From positions 1 to 64,000 of the forward strand of contig LVLI01000231.1 in NCBI GenBank assembly GCA_001687465.1: DNA of 64,000 bases, read 5' to 3'. Made by a program: the position numbers and the translations under genes. This DNA is from Halocafeteria seosinensis (lineage: Eukaryota). The notes under the pieces were generated by a model. That model searched no databases. It saw nothing but the letters and a program-made list of their open reading frames with translations, and was not told the origin of the DNA. Below, piece after piece: positions 61,801-64,000 of the stretch (the stretch's first letter is position 1; every line of letters begins with the position of its first letter).

Positions 61801-63843
61801 CGTTTTGAGAACTTGCACATATTCCTGGGGCATTACATCGGGTCGGCTGCTCAAGTACTGACCACTCTTTACCCAAAGCCCCTTCAGGTCTCGGATGACA
61901 TAGTACAACCGCCTCGCATTCCGCCGATGGAGGGAAGACCAGATTTCGTCAACGTCGACTACGTCTTGGTCTACATTCTCTGTTCCCGCCGTTCCTTCTT
62001 CTTTGCTCTCGCCGTGTTCCTTTGACACTTCGTCGTCTTCATCTTCGTAATGTTGATCAGTATACATTTGCGTGATTTTGTAATCGGCCAAAATTCCCAA
62101 GCTCAACCCATACACCCGCATGCGGCGTCTAAACAAATCGGCCGTATCGCTAGAGCTAACTGCAATGTAGTGGATATACATGCAGGATATGACCGTCCCA
62201 ATTACGAAAAGTTTTATCCATATATAATCGCACAGGAAATCCCCCGCAGACCAACTTGTATAGGGAATAGTAGCCTGGGACAAGTACTTGCATACCACCG
62301 GCTTTACGAAGTCCACTGTCTCCACATTATAAAAGAAGAGACCGAACAGGATCGAGAGGTAGCAACCATAGATACCGAGCTTCCACCCAAGTACATTCAT
62401 GACCCAGAGAGCTACCTGAACAAACGGAAACCAAAATTCTGATCTCGATGCTACAGTCGAGAATGTGGGATGTAGGGCTGCCGGGGTTGACGCAGCATTG
62501 ATAGTTGCCTTGAGTTTTTTTGATTCACTCTCCAACTGCCTTAATCTTTCATTGAATTTTACTGAGGTTTCCTCCTCTTCCTCTCCAGCGTCTTCTTCAG
62601 GATACCCTGAAGTTCCTTCTCCCACAGACTGACCCTCCGAAGCGGAAGATCCTGGGTGCTTTTGCGAGACAGATGAAGATGCAGCAGCAGCCGCTGCTGT
62701 CCCATGTTTCCTCTCGGGGCTACGAATGCCTGTCTTACTGGGACTTTGCTCAGGCTTGGACGCGCGTGTATCACCAGTCCCACTCGGTTTCTGCTGTTTG
62801 CGCTTATTCCGAAGTCGTCTCTTCCAGTCAGTCACCGACACAAGCGGAGGCGGTAAAGCGGTGGAAGTCCCGAGAATGCCCTTGAGCCGTCTAGTGCGGG
62901 CGCCAAATGCTCTCTCGTAACACATTTCGCATGCACGTTCACCCTTAACATCATGACTGGAGCATTCATAACAGTATATTCCTCCGCAAAGACGGCAATG
63001 GTGTTTTCTTCGTATGAAGGTGAACTTCTCATCACAGATCAAACAACGCTGCACATTCTTGTCGGGGAGCCATTCAATTTTGGTTGATTCATGGTGCTCG
63101 GTTGGAGTTTCGTTCAGTCCCTCTAGGCGGTTCGTTTGCACTTGAGAGTGAGCGTAAGATGGGACCCGTCGACGACGCATGGTATTGCTTAAGTCAGAGG
63201 TAGATGTTTGAGACTTAGACGCTCCCGAAGAGTGTTTTGGCGCCGCAGAAGAAGCCAGTTCAACCAGCTTTGTTAAGAGTTTGGTATCACCTCGCACCTG
63301 AGGCGCAAAGAGAGCAATTAACACCCTGTCAGTCAATGAGGACTTCATGAGTCCATTTATTGCTTACCTTCAATCTTCGAGTCAGAAAATCTTTTTTCAA
63401 GTCTTTTCCTTTCAGAAAGTTGCGGAACACTTTCTCAGATGAAAATGTCAGTTCCACATCAGATGTCCCATGCGTCCCCTGCAACACCGCCGTTTTCGTT
63501 ATACAGCAGGCTAATTTCAGTACAAAAGGAAAATCCAAAACGTACATCTTTAATGACTGGTGGCTTGGAACTGAGATCAATGGTCCATGACCCCGTTTGG
63601 GTAATGATGAAATGGCATACTCCCTCCAGCTCCACCGTTTCGTAGTGCTGCGCTAAGAATTCCTCCAGCTGCAAAACGCTCAAAACACACCCAAACATAA
63701 TGCGGATCGAGGAGTTCAACCAATGAACCAGCCTCCACTTGCGGCTTTGTACAGACAGGAAAACTGTAGTGTGCTCTGTATAGGCGCTACTGACATACCT
63801 TGCTAAAAAACTCAGCCGGGGAGGACATTTCGGATGAGTCCAT
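58849..63843 (-). CDS. Multidomain SCP2 - FYVE - TM - ABC1/UbiB (ADCK) atypical kinase - beta-lactamase-fold protein, about 1575 aa
   Basis: Exons 63843-63799, 63668-63546, 63478-63368 and 63297-58849, all phase 0 with GT-AG introns. FYVE: WLPD, RRKHHCR, RAC. Kinase: VKSGQ, ASASIAQVH, VAIKVQH, NGDPHPGN, DFG. Beta-lactamase-like: GAQVCV..G, DPRPVTPATLFP, FWPEFGAGGK. Confidence 0.88.
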
Positions 63844-64000
63844 GGCTTTTATTTCACTACCTCTACCCTATAAACACTTCACAATGCACTATATAAGGGA
63901 TATGCTGTCCTCAAGATGAATATGGATCCCTGTATGGGTCCTCAAAAAGGGAGGTAAAGCCTGTGTTTTTCTACACAAGGGGGTGTCTGAGGGGACCCTT

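Overview
Gene-dense eukaryotic nuclear DNA with short GT-AG introns (mostly ~60-80 bp), probably from a flagellated protist; a heterotrophic stramenopile is plausible but is inference only. By splicing the ORF track by hand I reconstruct about 25 protein-coding genes: an S/T/P-rich mucin-like protein running off the left edge, a MATCAP-type tubulin carboxypeptidase, PITHD1, CFAP57-like, FDXR, a DUSP-USP deubiquitinase, RPB12, GAA1, PUS3, RPS14, cathepsin L-like, TTI1, RPP30, POLD2, ATP12, cyclin T/K, a bacterial-type HemB, an R2R3-MYB, an SCP2-FYVE-ABC1 kinase-beta-lactamase fusion and several hypothetical proteins. I saw no rRNA, tRNA or CRISPR array. The most notable observations are: (1) the five-module lipid-kinase fusion, whose SCP2 exons the ORF track does not link to it; (2) two copies of a structured, (TG)n-tailed retroposon-like element, one with a 6-bp target-site duplication; (3) a multi-hairpin element just 3' of the cyclin gene; (4) an unusually long, structured cathepsin intron; (5) convergent genes whose stop codons overlap or nearly touch. 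All family calls come from motif recognition by eye; no database search was run.
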